Below are positions 21,504 through 30,852 of a stretch of 64,000 nucleotides of DNA, one piece after another. The stretch covers positions 192,487-256,486 of the forward strand of contig JAJDAT010000005.1 of assembly GCA_029261715.1 (NCBI GenBank), given 5' to 3'. The notes under the pieces are model-generated. The model made no database searches. It had not been told where the DNA came from and saw only the letters and a program-made list of their open reading frames with translations. The stretch is from Nitrospinia bacterium (lineage in GTDB: Bacteria > Nitrospinota > Nitrospinia > Nitrospinales > JAJDAT01). The position numbers and the translations under genes are program-made. The stretch's first letter is position 1. Each line of letters starts with the position of its first letter.

Positions 21504-22154
21504 TTACAAACTTTGCACCAGCCAAACGTGATAGATTTTTTTATTTTTAAACTGCCAAAAAAGCGCTCCAACGTTGAAATGGACCAACCAAACCGCGCCA
21601 GTGCCTTCCTGGCATATTTTTTTCTGGTAGCGGTCTGTGATGAAGGTGACTTTTTCGCAAGATGTTGTGGTCCAATAATGATGGCCGCGGCCGTCGTCGA
21701 ATAAAGGACTGACCCACGATTTCTTACCGCTAGCATTTATTACTCTTTCATGATGGAGAAGAGTATTTAACTCTGCAAGAGTTGGCAACCGCCATCCGGT
21801 TTTGTTCGCAGCTTTAGAAGATTCAGCAAGTCTTTCCGCATCTCTAAAGTCCATTTGTTGGAAATCGCCATCTTTGTTAATACCTTTTTTAATCCATAAT
21901 AACTTATTAGTTTTATCGGTAACGGTGCCGTCTCCATTATCGACAAACTCAGGGTCTGGCAGTTTTTCTAAAGGTAAATTTGCGATTTTTTTACATTCGA
22001 CGATGAGCGGACCGGCACTAGGACATTTGTCCAAAACAGAAAACGGGCTCATTTTTTTTATCATTTTGCACACGTCTTCTTTAGCGCATTGAGCGTTTGC
22101 TTGAGTGGCAAAAAATATTGAGAAAATTGAAACAAGAACGGCTATTCGCATCAA
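21504..22154 (-). CDS. Secreted DUF1566 (Lcl C-terminal) domain protein
   Basis: Signal peptide; FVDNGDGTVTDKTNKLLW and GWRLPTLAEL. Confidence 0.88.
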   Translation of the reverse strand: MMRIAVLVSIFSIFFATQANAQCAKEDVCKMIKKMSPFSVLDKCPSAGPLIVECKKIANLPLEKLPDPEFVDNGDGTVTDKTNKLLWIKKGINKDGDFQQMDFRDAERLAESSKAANKTGWRLPTLAELNTLLHHERVINASGKKSWVSPLFDDGRGHHYWTTTSCEKVTFITDRYQKKICQEGTGAVWLVHFNVGALFWQFKNKKIYHVWLVQSL

Positions 22155-22282
22155 GACCTCCCCCGAGATAAGGACATTTGAAATAAACCCACTAGTTTAT
22201 CGAGTTTGAATTTTAAAAGGATACCAAATTTTATGAGCGGATAATATGATAAATTCGAATCTCATTAAACCCATCAACTATT

Positions 22283-23101
22283 TCAATCCAATGCAGCGTC
22301 TAGTTTAACAAACGCTTCTTCGCTTTTTAGTTCCAAAAAATAAGGCGTTTCGACAATTCGGTTTGTGGAAGGATCGGGATTGATGTTGATAACTTTAGTT
22401 TCTCTGTCTTGAAGACCTAAGGCGATGTAATCGTTGGTTGGAACTGAGCCAGAGCTTCCTACCATAATAACTAAATCCGGTAGTTCCTGTAGGAATATAG
22501 CAAAGTTCTCTTCTTGTTCTGGGTGCCCCACATATTCACCGTCCCCAAACATAAGGATATGTGGACGCGCAATTCCTCGACATTGCCAGCAAGAAGGATA
22601 ATTAGACGCTTTCATGGTGTCGTAATCTAAATCGCAAAGAGGAACGGCTGGTTCGTCCCAAAAACCGTAAGAACAAGTATCCAGACATTGTAACCGCCAC
22701 ATAGAACCGTGAACTTCTTTCACTTTATTTTCCGGCGCGCCCGATTTAATGTGAAACCCGTCCGTGTTTGTCGTGTGAATAAAGCTGTCATGAAAACGGG
22801 ATTCCATCCATTCGTTAACGATATGGTAGCCTTCATGTGGTTGGTTTTCCTCCGCGTTGCGGCGACGCCATTCATAAAAAGCCCAGGCGTGTTGCAATTC
22901 GTTACGAAAAGCCCACGGACTGGCCAAGTCTTGCGCTTCCAGGTTTTTTTCTTTAAATGGAGGGAAGTTATTCCAGTAACCTTCTTTATCGCGAAAAGTA
23001 GGAATGTTCGAATCCGCGCTCATTCCTGCGCTGGTTAAAAACAACACGCGACGCGCGTTAGAAATCAAAGCAGCCGCTTCTTGAATTTTTGAATCAGGCA
23101 T
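22283..23101 (-). CDS. Sir2/CobB-type NAD-dependent deacylase
   Basis: SAGMSADSNIPTFR, TNTDGFH, EVHGS, CxxxC/CxxC zinc site, RPHILMFG, GSS, ININP. Confidence 0.9.
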   Translation of the reverse strand: MPDSKIQEAAALISNARRVLFLTSAGMSADSNIPTFRDKEGYWNNFPPFKEKNLEAQDLASPWAFRNELQHAWAFYEWRRRNAEENQPHEGYHIVNEWMESRFHDSFIHTTNTDGFHIKSGAPENKVKEVHGSMWRLQCLDTCSYGFWDEPAVPLCDLDYDTMKASNYPSCWQCRGIARPHILMFGDGEYVGHPEQEENFAIFLQELPDLVIMVGSSGSVPTNDYIALGLQDRETKVININPDPSTNRIVETPYFLELKSEEAFVKLDAALD

Positions 23102-23750
23102 GACCGTCCCACTCCTTTAGAAAACGATCCACATACTCTTGCATATATTGATGCCGTTCTTCGGCGATCCTTTTCCCTGTATCCGTGTTCATGCGATCTT
23201 TCAATAATAAAAGTTTCTCGTAAAAATGATTGATCGTATGCCCTTTATTTTTTTTATAGGCCTCAAAGCTATCGTGCATCACTGGCGGTTCGTCAGGATG
23301 ATACATCAACCGATTTTTGTTGCCGCCATACGAAAATGCGCGTCCAATACCAACCGCGCCAATAGCGTCCAATCGATCCGCATCCTGCACCGCTTTACCT
23401 TCCAATGAATTCATAGGAGTGGCAACACCTGCTCCTTTGTAAGATATGGTAGCTACGATATCTTTAACCTGGTCGATAGTGGATTGATCCGCACCTATGC
23501 TATTCAACCATTCTTCTGCCTTTTTAGGACCAATAGTGTCGTCGCCATCGTGGAACTTCCAGTCGGCAATGTCATGGAGTAAAGCGCCCAGTTCCGCGAC
23601 CGTTTTGTTAGCGCCTTCATCTTCGGCGATACGTTGCGACATTTTCCAGACACGGTAGATATGTTGATAATCGTGACCCGACCCTTCGCCTTCGAAAAGG
23701 TGTTCAACGTGGTCGCGAGTTTTTTCGATCCATTCATCGTGAGAAGCCAT
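23094..23750 (-). CDS. HD-domain phosphohydrolase (YedJ/YpgQ-like)
   Basis: GHDYQHIYRV, LLHDIAD, VQDADRLDAIGA, HFYEKLL; overlaps the Sir2 start. Confidence 0.92.
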   Translation of the reverse strand: MASHDEWIEKTRDHVEHLFEGEGSGHDYQHIYRVWKMSQRIAEDEGANKTVAELGALLHDIADWKFHDGDDTIGPKKAEEWLNSIGADQSTIDQVKDIVATISYKGAGVATPMNSLEGKAVQDADRLDAIGAVGIGRAFSYGGNKNRLMYHPDEPPVMHDSFEAYKKNKGHTINHFYEKLLLLKDRMNTDTGKRIAEERHQYMQEYVDRFLKEWDGHA

Positions 23751-23882
23751 TTATTTGAAAAATCCTTCATTCTATAGAGTCATTTGATGACGCTATTATA
23801 AACTGTTAATACCAATTTACCGATAGCATTTGTCGAAAGATTTATATTTAGATATTTTGGGTAAAATTAATTCTCAGCTTTA

Positions 23883-24061
23883 CCGCAAAGGCGCAAAGAG
23901 CGCAAAGGATTTAAGTCAAAGGTAATTTTCTCTAAGGCTCCTACATTACGTGCAAGAATATTTGCACGTCATTCTGGAGGAGCCCTAGAAGGGCGACGAA
24001 GAATCTAGGTATTATTCTTCCTCCTGTGTTTTTCGGAGCTTGTGCTGAGCTTGCCGAAGTA
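23883..24061. repeat. Cluster of short intergenic repeat motifs at the island boundary
   Basis: CCGCAAAGGCGCAAAGAGCGCAAAG (23883-23907); GTCATTCTGGAGG...GACGAAGAATCT (23968-24006); GCTGAGCTTGCCGAAG (about 24045-24060). Confidence 0.55.
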
Positions 24062-24153
24062 TCTTCTATGGCCGCTCTTGATTTCTTTTTAATCTTTCCG
24101 TATTGTAGGTCGATTCTGAAGGCAAAAAAATATTTCCAAATACCAAAGACTCT

Positions 24154-26145
24154 ATGAAAGTATTTATCAGCTACACTTACGATGACGAAAAGCATAGTGA
24201 TCGAGTTTTAGCTCTTTCCAACCAACTACGCGAGGATGGAGTAGATTGCTGGATAGATCAATATGAAAAAGGACTTCCAAAAAAAGATTGGCCTCTCTGG
24301 ATGGAAGAAAAAGTTGAAGAATCGCGATATACCTTGGTTGTTTGTACCGCAATCTACCATAAAAGGTTTTATCGAAGAGAAGATTCAGGAAAGGGGAAAG
24401 GAGCGACTTGGGAAGGAGCAATTATTACGAATCAAATTTATAATTCCTATTGCCAAAACACTAAATTTATACCAGTTGTATTTTCTGAAGATGATTTAGA
24501 TAAAATACCGACGATTCTAAAAGGCACTACTAATTTTATACTGAAAAAGAAATATGAAGATCTTTTGCGGTTGTTGACAGGACAACCGAAAGCTGAACCT
24601 AAACCTGTTGGATCGATTAAAAAGTTATCTAAAAAAAATGAGAAAATATTGGAATTAGATCCTGAAGATCCTTTTGAAGAATTTATCCAAGATCGTATTA
24701 AGCAGTTCATTCCCTGTGAATATTTTTTAGATGAAATTCAAAATTTTATTGAGAGACAAGAAAAAGGATTTGTGTCTATTGAAGGGAAAGGGGGAATTGG
24801 TAAAAGCGCTCTTCTTTCATATTACATTAAAACAATTAATAAAGATTGTATCTATCACTTTAATTTTTATAAAGATGGGATTAGTACTCCGGAATATTTT
24901 ATGAGATCAATTAGTGAAAAGTTGATTGATAAATATGAGATTGAATACCAAATTCCTGAAAACTTATCAGAGAACGTAGATTTATTTTATTCTTTATTGA
25001 GACAAGCTGGCAAAAAAGCCTTAGCCAATGGGAAGAAGTTAGTCATAGTAATAGATGCATTAGACGAAGTTAATACAGAGAAGGAAAACGACCTTTCGAA
25101 TAATTTAAGGCTTCCTACTAATAAGCTTCCCAAGGGAGTTTTTTTCGTATTGACCTCTCGCGGAATAAAATATTTACCTAATGATTCTTTATTATTGTCT
25201 ATGGATAATAAAAATAAAGAACTTAAAGAAACCATTAGAAAGTATATTGAATATGCGGATAAAAATAATGAGGAAGTCCATCAATGGAGGCTAGAGCAAA
25301 ACCTAGGGCTTGAAGAGTTCACAAATAAACTTGAAGTGAAAAGTGAACATAACTTTATGTATTTATGTCACGTTTTTGGAGATTTGAAAGCTTTTAGACT
25401 TAATGAACTTCCAAAAGGACTAGAGAGTTATTACAACCAACAAGTTGACCGAATGGAAATCCAAGGCGAAGAAGGAGAAAAAAAAACAAAAATTCTTTCG
25501 TGTTTGGCGGCGTTTTCTAGAGAAATCTCCATATTTCGTATATCGCAGCTTACAGGTTTTGGTTTATATGAAATCAATCGAGCTATTAGTGGTTGGTGTA
25601 GACAAAAAATATTGACGGAAATCAAAATCAATGGAGAAACCTTTTTGAAGGTTTATCACAAAGCATTTAATGATTTTCTTCTTACTTCTTACGAGTTAAG
25701 ACATGCTTCAAAAGAGAGGGAGTTGATAGAGTATTCTCAGAAACTATTTGGGGAAGATGATTGGGAGTATGGCTTTACGGGGCAAATTAAAGGACTTCCT
25801 GAAGTTCTTCAAAAAGAATATCTAGAACTGCTTACTTTTTCACTTATCGAAGCTAAGAAAAAAACGGAAATTCTTAAAGTACTTAAAAGTAAAGTGTTTC
25901 TGCTTGCTAAATTAAAACTATGTTATCACGGAAATTTAATAGACGACATAAGGGGAGCTAATAGTCTACTAAGTAATAGTGATGAGCTTTGTAGAGAAGA
26001 TCTCGCAAAAACTTTATTTGATCTAGTTGAATTAAAAGATAATGAAATAACTTTTGAAACGATAAGGCATTCATTGGAAGGTTTTGATGATGATCTATTG
26101 GGTGCTTTTATTTTAATCAAGTCGAGAATCCAAAATGAGTTTTAA
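24154..26145 (+). CDS. SEFIR/TIR domain fused to a STAND-like (NACHT/AAA_16) P-loop ATPase
   Basis: KVFISY...LREDGVDCWIDQY...W..WM...LVVC...GKGATWEG...KFIPV (SEFIR); Walker A GKGGIGKS; Walker B LVIVIDALDE; ...NFMYL...LPKGLESYY helical region. Confidence 0.85.
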   Translation: MKVFISYTYDDEKHSDRVLALSNQLREDGVDCWIDQYEKGLPKKDWPLWMEEKVEESRYTLVVCTAIYHKRFYRREDSGKGKGATWEGAIITNQIYNSYCQNTKFIPVVFSEDDLDKIPTILKGTTNFILKKKYEDLLRLLTGQPKAEPKPVGSIKKLSKKNEKILELDPEDPFEEFIQDRIKQFIPCEYFLDEIQNFIERQEKGFVSIEGKGGIGKSALLSYYIKTINKDCIYHFNFYKDGISTPEYFMRSISEKLIDKYEIEYQIPENLSENVDLFYSLLRQAGKKALANGKKLVIVIDALDEVNTEKENDLSNNLRLPTNKLPKGVFFVLTSRGIKYLPNDSLLLSMDNKNKELKETIRKYIEYADKNNEEVHQWRLEQNLGLEEFTNKLEVKSEHNFMYLCHVFGDLKAFRLNELPKGLESYYNQQVDRMEIQGEEGEKKTKILSCLAAFSREISIFRISQLTGFGLYEINRAISGWCRQKILTEIKINGETFLKVYHKAFNDFLLTSYELRHASKERELIEYSQKLFGEDDWEYGFTGQIKGLPEVLQKEYLELLTFSLIEAKKKTEILKVLKSKVFLLAKLKLCYHGNLIDDIRGANSLLSNSDELCREDLAKTLFDLVELKDNEITFETIRHSLEGFDDDLLGAFILIKSRIQNEF

Positions 26146-26159
26146 TTTGGGAGGGTTTT

Positions 26160-27032
26160 TTGCAAAATTTAGATGATCTAGATGAGAGTATTTTGAAAAG
26201 TTTAGGCGAGTTAGAGATTATTGCTAAATCTTTAAGAAATAAAGGAGATTTAAAGGAAAGTGAAAAAATATTTCGATGGATTTTAAGTCAGTATGACAAA
26301 AATAATGTTAAACATTATCTTGATATTTCAAGGAACCTTTATGAAATTGCTTTTATATACAGGACTCAGGGGAAATATGCTGATGGAGCAGCTTATTTTA
26401 ATAAAAGCGCACATTATTCAAAACTTGCTGACGATCAGGTCGGAGATTTAATAGCGCAGTTTTGGATATTATTTACGGAGTTTCATGGATATTTGACAGA
26501 AGCGTCTAAGGTAATATATTTGGGAGGCGAAATATGTCATCAACTTGAAGCTATGGTTCAAGGAAAACGCTTAGAAAGATCAACGTACAATATTATTATT
26601 CACCTTTTTCAAGTTTGTGTTGAAGATGGCAACAAAACTGAGGCAGAAAGATATTTTCTAAAATATATTGATCATTCGTTTCACAAAGAAATAGAAAATT
26701 ACGATTCAGAAAAAATCATGAAACTTGGGATTGAAGGGCAGTTTGCTTTTGTTAAAGGAAATTGGGAAGAGGTGATTAATTGTTTGGGCCGATTTTTGAA
26801 CATTGACATAGGCGTTGAGCAAGAGATCAGTTTGGTGAAAATTTCTGATTCGATTCATGAAATGGCGAGAGAATATTGGTATTTAGGAAGAGCATTAGAA
26901 GAAATGGAGAGAAAAGATCAGGCAATACAGTCATTTAATTTAGGGTTAGATCTCCCTGATGATTTACGCAATCGATATTTTAAGGAAAAAATACGAAAAG
27001 AATTAAAACGATTGAATAGATTTTATCGATGA
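26160..27032 (+). CDS. TPR-repeat protein, paralog A
   Basis: TPR-like helices (LYEIAFIYRTQGKYADGAAYFNKS; YWYLGRALEEMERKDQAIQSFNLGL); GGGAGG RBS; starts 14 nt after the ATPase stop. Confidence 0.8.
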   Translation: MQNLDDLDESILKSLGELEIIAKSLRNKGDLKESEKIFRWILSQYDKNNVKHYLDISRNLYEIAFIYRTQGKYADGAAYFNKSAHYSKLADDQVGDLIAQFWILFTEFHGYLTEASKVIYLGGEICHQLEAMVQGKRLERSTYNIIIHLFQVCVEDGNKTEAERYFLKYIDHSFHKEIENYDSEKIMKLGIEGQFAFVKGNWEEVINCLGRFLNIDIGVEQEISLVKISDSIHEMAREYWYLGRALEEMERKDQAIQSFNLGLDLPDDLRNRYFKEKIRKELKRLNRFYR

Positions 27033-27087
27033 TTTTTTTTCTAAATTTATTATCGTTTTTAAATTTGGATTTCAGGAATTAGATCTA

Positions 27088-27945
27088 GTGGAAATTGATA
27101 TGAATCCCGTGTGGAAAGATTTGGATGATCTAGAAATTATCGCGAAATCCCTGAGAAATAAAGGGAATTTAAAAGAAAGTGAAAAGATTTTTTGGTGGAT
27201 TTTGAATCAATATGACAAAGAGGATTCTAAGTATTTTCGGAGTATTTCTAGAAACCTTTTTGAAATTGCTTATATACATGTAGTTCATGGTCAATATGAA
27301 GAAGGGGCAAATTTTTTTGAAAAGAGTGTCGATTACTCAAAACGAATAAACGACCAGATAGGTGAATTGATTGGAAGGTTTTGGGAGTTTTTTTCAAAAT
27401 TTCTTGGAAAATTAAAAACGGCCTCAGAAGTTAGAGCTTTTGGTGAACAGATTTGTGAAAAATTTGAAGCTTTAAGTAATCAAAAGCTTTCTGAAAGATG
27501 GACATATAATATTATCGATCATTTGTTTCAGATTAGCGCGGAAGAAAATAATAAAACTGAAACGAAAAAGTATTTTAATCGATATGTAAATAATTCGTTC
27601 TACCAGGAAAGAAAAAATAATGAAATTGAAAGAATTAGAGCTCTTTCAAAGAAAGGCCAACTAGCTTTTGTTAATGAAGATTTGGGTGAGGCAATTAAAT
27701 ATTTTGGTAAATTTTTAAATATCAATATCAATGTAAATGTAGAAAAAGACCTCAGCTTAATTAAAGTTTCCGACTCGGTTCATGAGATCTCGAGGGAATA
27801 CTGGTATTTAGGAAGATCCTTAGAAAAGCTTGGCAATAGAAAGTTGGCATTGGAAGCTTTTGATTTAGGATTGGCGCGTCCTTATGAATTACAAAACTTT
27901 TACTACATTGAGAAAATTCGAGAAGAGTTAAAAAAAATAAAATAA
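27088..27945 (+). CDS. TPR-repeat protein, paralog B
   Basis: Collinear homolog of paralog A (shared LEIIAKSLRNKG, ISRNL, REYWYLGR). Confidence 0.8.
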   Translation: MEIDMNPVWKDLDDLEIIAKSLRNKGNLKESEKIFWWILNQYDKEDSKYFRSISRNLFEIAYIHVVHGQYEEGANFFEKSVDYSKRINDQIGELIGRFWEFFSKFLGKLKTASEVRAFGEQICEKFEALSNQKLSERWTYNIIDHLFQISAEENNKTETKKYFNRYVNNSFYQERKNNEIERIRALSKKGQLAFVNEDLGEAIKYFGKFLNININVNVEKDLSLIKVSDSVHEISREYWYLGRSLEKLGNRKLALEAFDLGLARPYELQNFYYIEKIREELKKIK

Positions 27946-27960
27946 AAAAAGAAAAAGTAG

Positions 27961-28201
27961 TATTTCCCCAGTGTTCACATTGAAACTTCTTATAAAAAGT
28001 TTTTTGGATCGATTTTCACTTCTTGGACAATTATAAATAATTGTCTATGGCTTCTTCAAAGCATTGACGCAACCCCTCAACGTCGGTTCCTTTGAAAGTT
28101 GCTAAGCTTCGAATAAACTCAATTTTCCCGTGGAATACCTCGTCTTCTCCATTGTAATGGACCGAACCAAAATAGTCTTTGTATTCCATCATATCTTTCA
28201 T
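27961..28201 (-). pseudogene. hicB: HicB-family antitoxin remnant
   Basis: MKDMMEYKDYFGSVHY...FHGKI...FEEAIDNYL then TAA; a shifted frame continues KKLFIRSFNVNTG, resembling HicB KPFKGSFNVR; no hicA seen. Confidence 0.7.
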
Positions 28202-28299
28202 AGAAATTTCTTTCCTATTAAGCCTCACATAAAGTAAGACTAGAAACTGATATCGAAAAACATGTTAAAATAACCTAAAAGTTTTTACGAGATATTTTT

Positions 28300-28545
28300 A
28301 TGCAAGAAAAGATCACAATAGATTTGCCGGAAGGCGTTCAGCTTCCTTCTGGAATCAACATAGATCAAAATACGCTTCGCTATGCTCTAGCGGGTGTTTT
28401 ATATACTAAGGGCATACTTTCTGGAAAAGAAGCGCGTGAGATTACGGGGGACCCTAGGCGAAAGTTTGAAGAAACAATGAATGAGTTGGGGTTTTGTCTA
28501 ATGCCTGGTAGACAGAAAGATATTGATTCCGAACTAAATGCCTGA
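28300..28545 (+). CDS. UPF0175 family putative antitoxin
   Basis: LAGVLYTKGILSGKEAREITG..RRKFEE; overlaps the PIN gene. Confidence 0.8.
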   Translation: MQEKITIDLPEGVQLPSGINIDQNTLRYALAGVLYTKGILSGKEAREITGDPRRKFEETMNELGFCLMPGRQKDIDSELNA

Positions 28546-29047
28546 GCCATCCAGCAAAACCTCTGGCCAAAGAAGTGTTGTTAGTAATACAGGGCCTTTC
28601 ATTTCTCTCGAAAAAATCACTGACGGTTTTTCTTTACTCCGTAGTTTATATGATCAAGTTTTTATTCCACCTCAAGTACTTTCTGAATTAAGTCCAGCTC
28701 AAAGTTATCTAAAAGATCGAGATCTTGAAAACTTGGTGATAATTGAGACGGTTGTTTTGCCTGAAGATTCCGACCTAGCCCTTTTGGATGCTGGAGAACA
28801 ATACGCTATTGCCCTAGCAATGAAAAAACAACTTCCTCTGTTAATTGAAGAACGCTTGGGACGAGATATTGCCGGAAGTAAGGGGCTAAAAGTTTCTGGA
28901 ATTGGAGGATAAATCGCAAAGGCTAAAGAAATGGACATCCTGGATTTAAATGAAGCTCACGAAAAATTGAAAGAACTGTGGGAAAAAAATCGGATTAATA
29001 CTGCTGTTTATGAACAGCTGAAGTTGAAAATAAATCAATTAAGCTAA
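28538..29047 (+). pseudogene. DUF3368 PIN-domain toxin with an in-frame premature stop
   Basis: VVSNTGPFI, IPPQVLSEL, LDAGEQYAIALA; TAA at 28910-28912, then the frame continues IAKAKEMDIL...RINTAVYEQL to TAA at 29047. Confidence 0.75.
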
Positions 29048-29073
29048 TGGTTTTTATTTAAAGAGGATATTCT

Positions 29074-29349
29074 GTGAGCAAAACTTGTCAAAGTTGTAGT
29101 ATGCCAATGGAGAAAGATCCAGGCGCTGGCGGTACAAATTTAGATGGTAGTAAAAGCGATGATTATTGCAGCTACTGTTTCGAAGAAGGAGAATTTACTG
29201 AACCAGACTTTACCGCGAAGGATATGCAAAAGTTCTGTACCGAAAAGATGAATGATATGGGAATCCCCGGCCTGTTTAGTTGGATGCTCACTAGAAAAAT
29301 TCCTAAATTGAAACGTTGGAGTTCACCGCCCTCATCTACAGAAATATGA
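29074..29349 (+). CDS. Zinc-ribbon protein (Zn_ribbon_2 type)
   Basis: CQSCSMPM...GTNLDGSKSDDYCSYCF...IPKLKRW. Confidence 0.88.
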   Translation: MSKTCQSCSMPMEKDPGAGGTNLDGSKSDDYCSYCFEEGEFTEPDFTAKDMQKFCTEKMNDMGIPGLFSWMLTRKIPKLKRWSSPPSSTEI

Positions 29350-29367
29350 AAAGCGCTCCCACCATTG

Positions 29368-30015
29368 TTATGTATCCTGCCTTAGATCGGCTTCGTTGAT
29401 TGCAGTGGTTTCTTCTAATTTCTTCATGATCTCTTTTAATTGATCCACTTCGCCCTTGGCCTTGGTTTCATTACTCCATGATCTGTGTAGTTTGTCGGCG
29501 AGTGCTTTACCAATAAGTTTCCAGAACATACCGCCAATGATTGGCACTTCAAATATCGAAGAAACAACTTCGACAATAGTGACGCTATTATGACGGGCTC
29601 GGATATCGGCGGTGCGAGGGCTTAAATTGACAATTGCTATTTCTCCACACCAACTCCCTGGTCCCAGGATGGCGCAAACATGACCTTCTCTGACGACTTC
29701 TGCTTCTCCCTCAATAATGCCTATGAAGCATTGATCAAACTGCCCCGAAGTGATGATAAGATCTCCAGGCTTGAATCGCTTGATTATTAAGGCGGGAATA
29801 CCGCCATCTCCACTTATATCCGTTATAAGCTCTCTTAGCGCAGCATCAGCTTCTTTTTTCTCGGTTCCCGCTAGCATTTCATCGACGACGAAACAATCCT
29901 CCCAGTATTTCATCGATTTAAGTAAATCTGGATCTATCCGTTCGCCTTTGTTGGATCCAAGCAAACCGCATTCATCTAAGATTTTTTTGATGATTGGGAT
30001 ATTGAGTTTAATCAT
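29368..30015 (-). CDS. Cyclic-nucleotide-binding domain protein
   Basis: FKPGDLII, IIEGEAEV, GSWCGEIAIVNLSPRTADIRA. Confidence 0.8.
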   Translation of the reverse strand: MIKLNIPIIKKILDECGLLGSNKGERIDPDLLKSMKYWEDCFVVDEMLAGTEKKEADAALRELITDISGDGGIPALIIKRFKPGDLIITSGQFDQCFIGIIEGEAEVVREGHVCAILGPGSWCGEIAIVNLSPRTADIRARHNSVTIVEVVSSIFEVPIIGGMFWKLIGKALADKLHRSWSNETKAKGEVDQLKEIMKKLEETTAINEADLRQDT

Positions 30016-30302
30016 TTTATGGCCATAGTTTTTGTTATTGAAACAAAAGTGAATTGACGGAATTATATGTGAGTTTTTTATCCCGATTTATCAAAGTTAA
30101 TTTTAATTATATATCTGTATTTAAAGAGATTATATTAGCATAAATAGACGTTAACGCTAAAGAAGAGCTTTGTCTGTCTTCCGAAATTAAAAGATGTTAA
30201 GGAGTTGGTAGTTCGATTAGCAAAAAGCATATTTAGGAGTTGATGATATAATTTACTAGAAACGGTTTATTGCCCTCTAACTACTAAATTAAATAAACAG
30301 TC

Positions 30303-30746
30303 ATGGATAAAATTCGCCATCGTGTTGGAATTAAGGCAAACGTTCAAGACGTTTACGAGGCAGTGCATCACCCAAGTAAATTAATGGGGTGGTGGGCAAC
30401 AAAAGCTACTGGAGGCACAGACCTTGGTTCACAGGTTGAGTTAGAGTTTCGGGGGTATCCGGAATTTGTGTGGGAAATTGCCGATCTGTTGGTGAATGAA
30501 AGAGTTCGTTTGAACTTACTAGAGGGGCCTGAGCCGTGGAGTGGTTCACAGTTGATTTTCGAACTTGATGAGACGGAAGCCCAGGTCTTTGTCACGTTAA
30601 CCCATGTAACAAAATCGAAAACGCCAAAAGATGCGTTTCAGTTTTTTTGCACAAAATGGCCTTTATTCCTTGTGAGTCTCAAGGAGTTTTTGGAGACAGG
30701 GCAGGGGAAACCGTATCCTAATGATATTAGGATTCAGCACGACTAA
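30303..30746 (+). CDS. SRPBCC/AHSA1 domain protein
   Basis: IRHRVGIKA...VYEAV...GWW...CTKWPLFLVSLKEFLETGQGKPYP. Confidence 0.88.
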   Translation: MDKIRHRVGIKANVQDVYEAVHHPSKLMGWWATKATGGTDLGSQVELEFRGYPEFVWEIADLLVNERVRLNLLEGPEPWSGSQLIFELDETEAQVFVTLTHVTKSKTPKDAFQFFCTKWPLFLVSLKEFLETGQGKPYPNDIRIQHD

Positions 30747-30852
30747 ATAAAACAAAGACAAAAAATTGGGGTTGGCTTTTAGAAATTGCCCACCAGCGCC
30801 GCTATCAAACATAGCGAGTGTTGAGCCTTACTGGTTGAACGCCGTTGCGATT

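Noticed and set aside
22283-23101. Sir2 as a ThsA/DSR-type defence effector (Thoeris with the TIR gene)
   Set aside because: Zinc-binding CobB-like sirtuin without SLOG or other fusion, transcribed divergently
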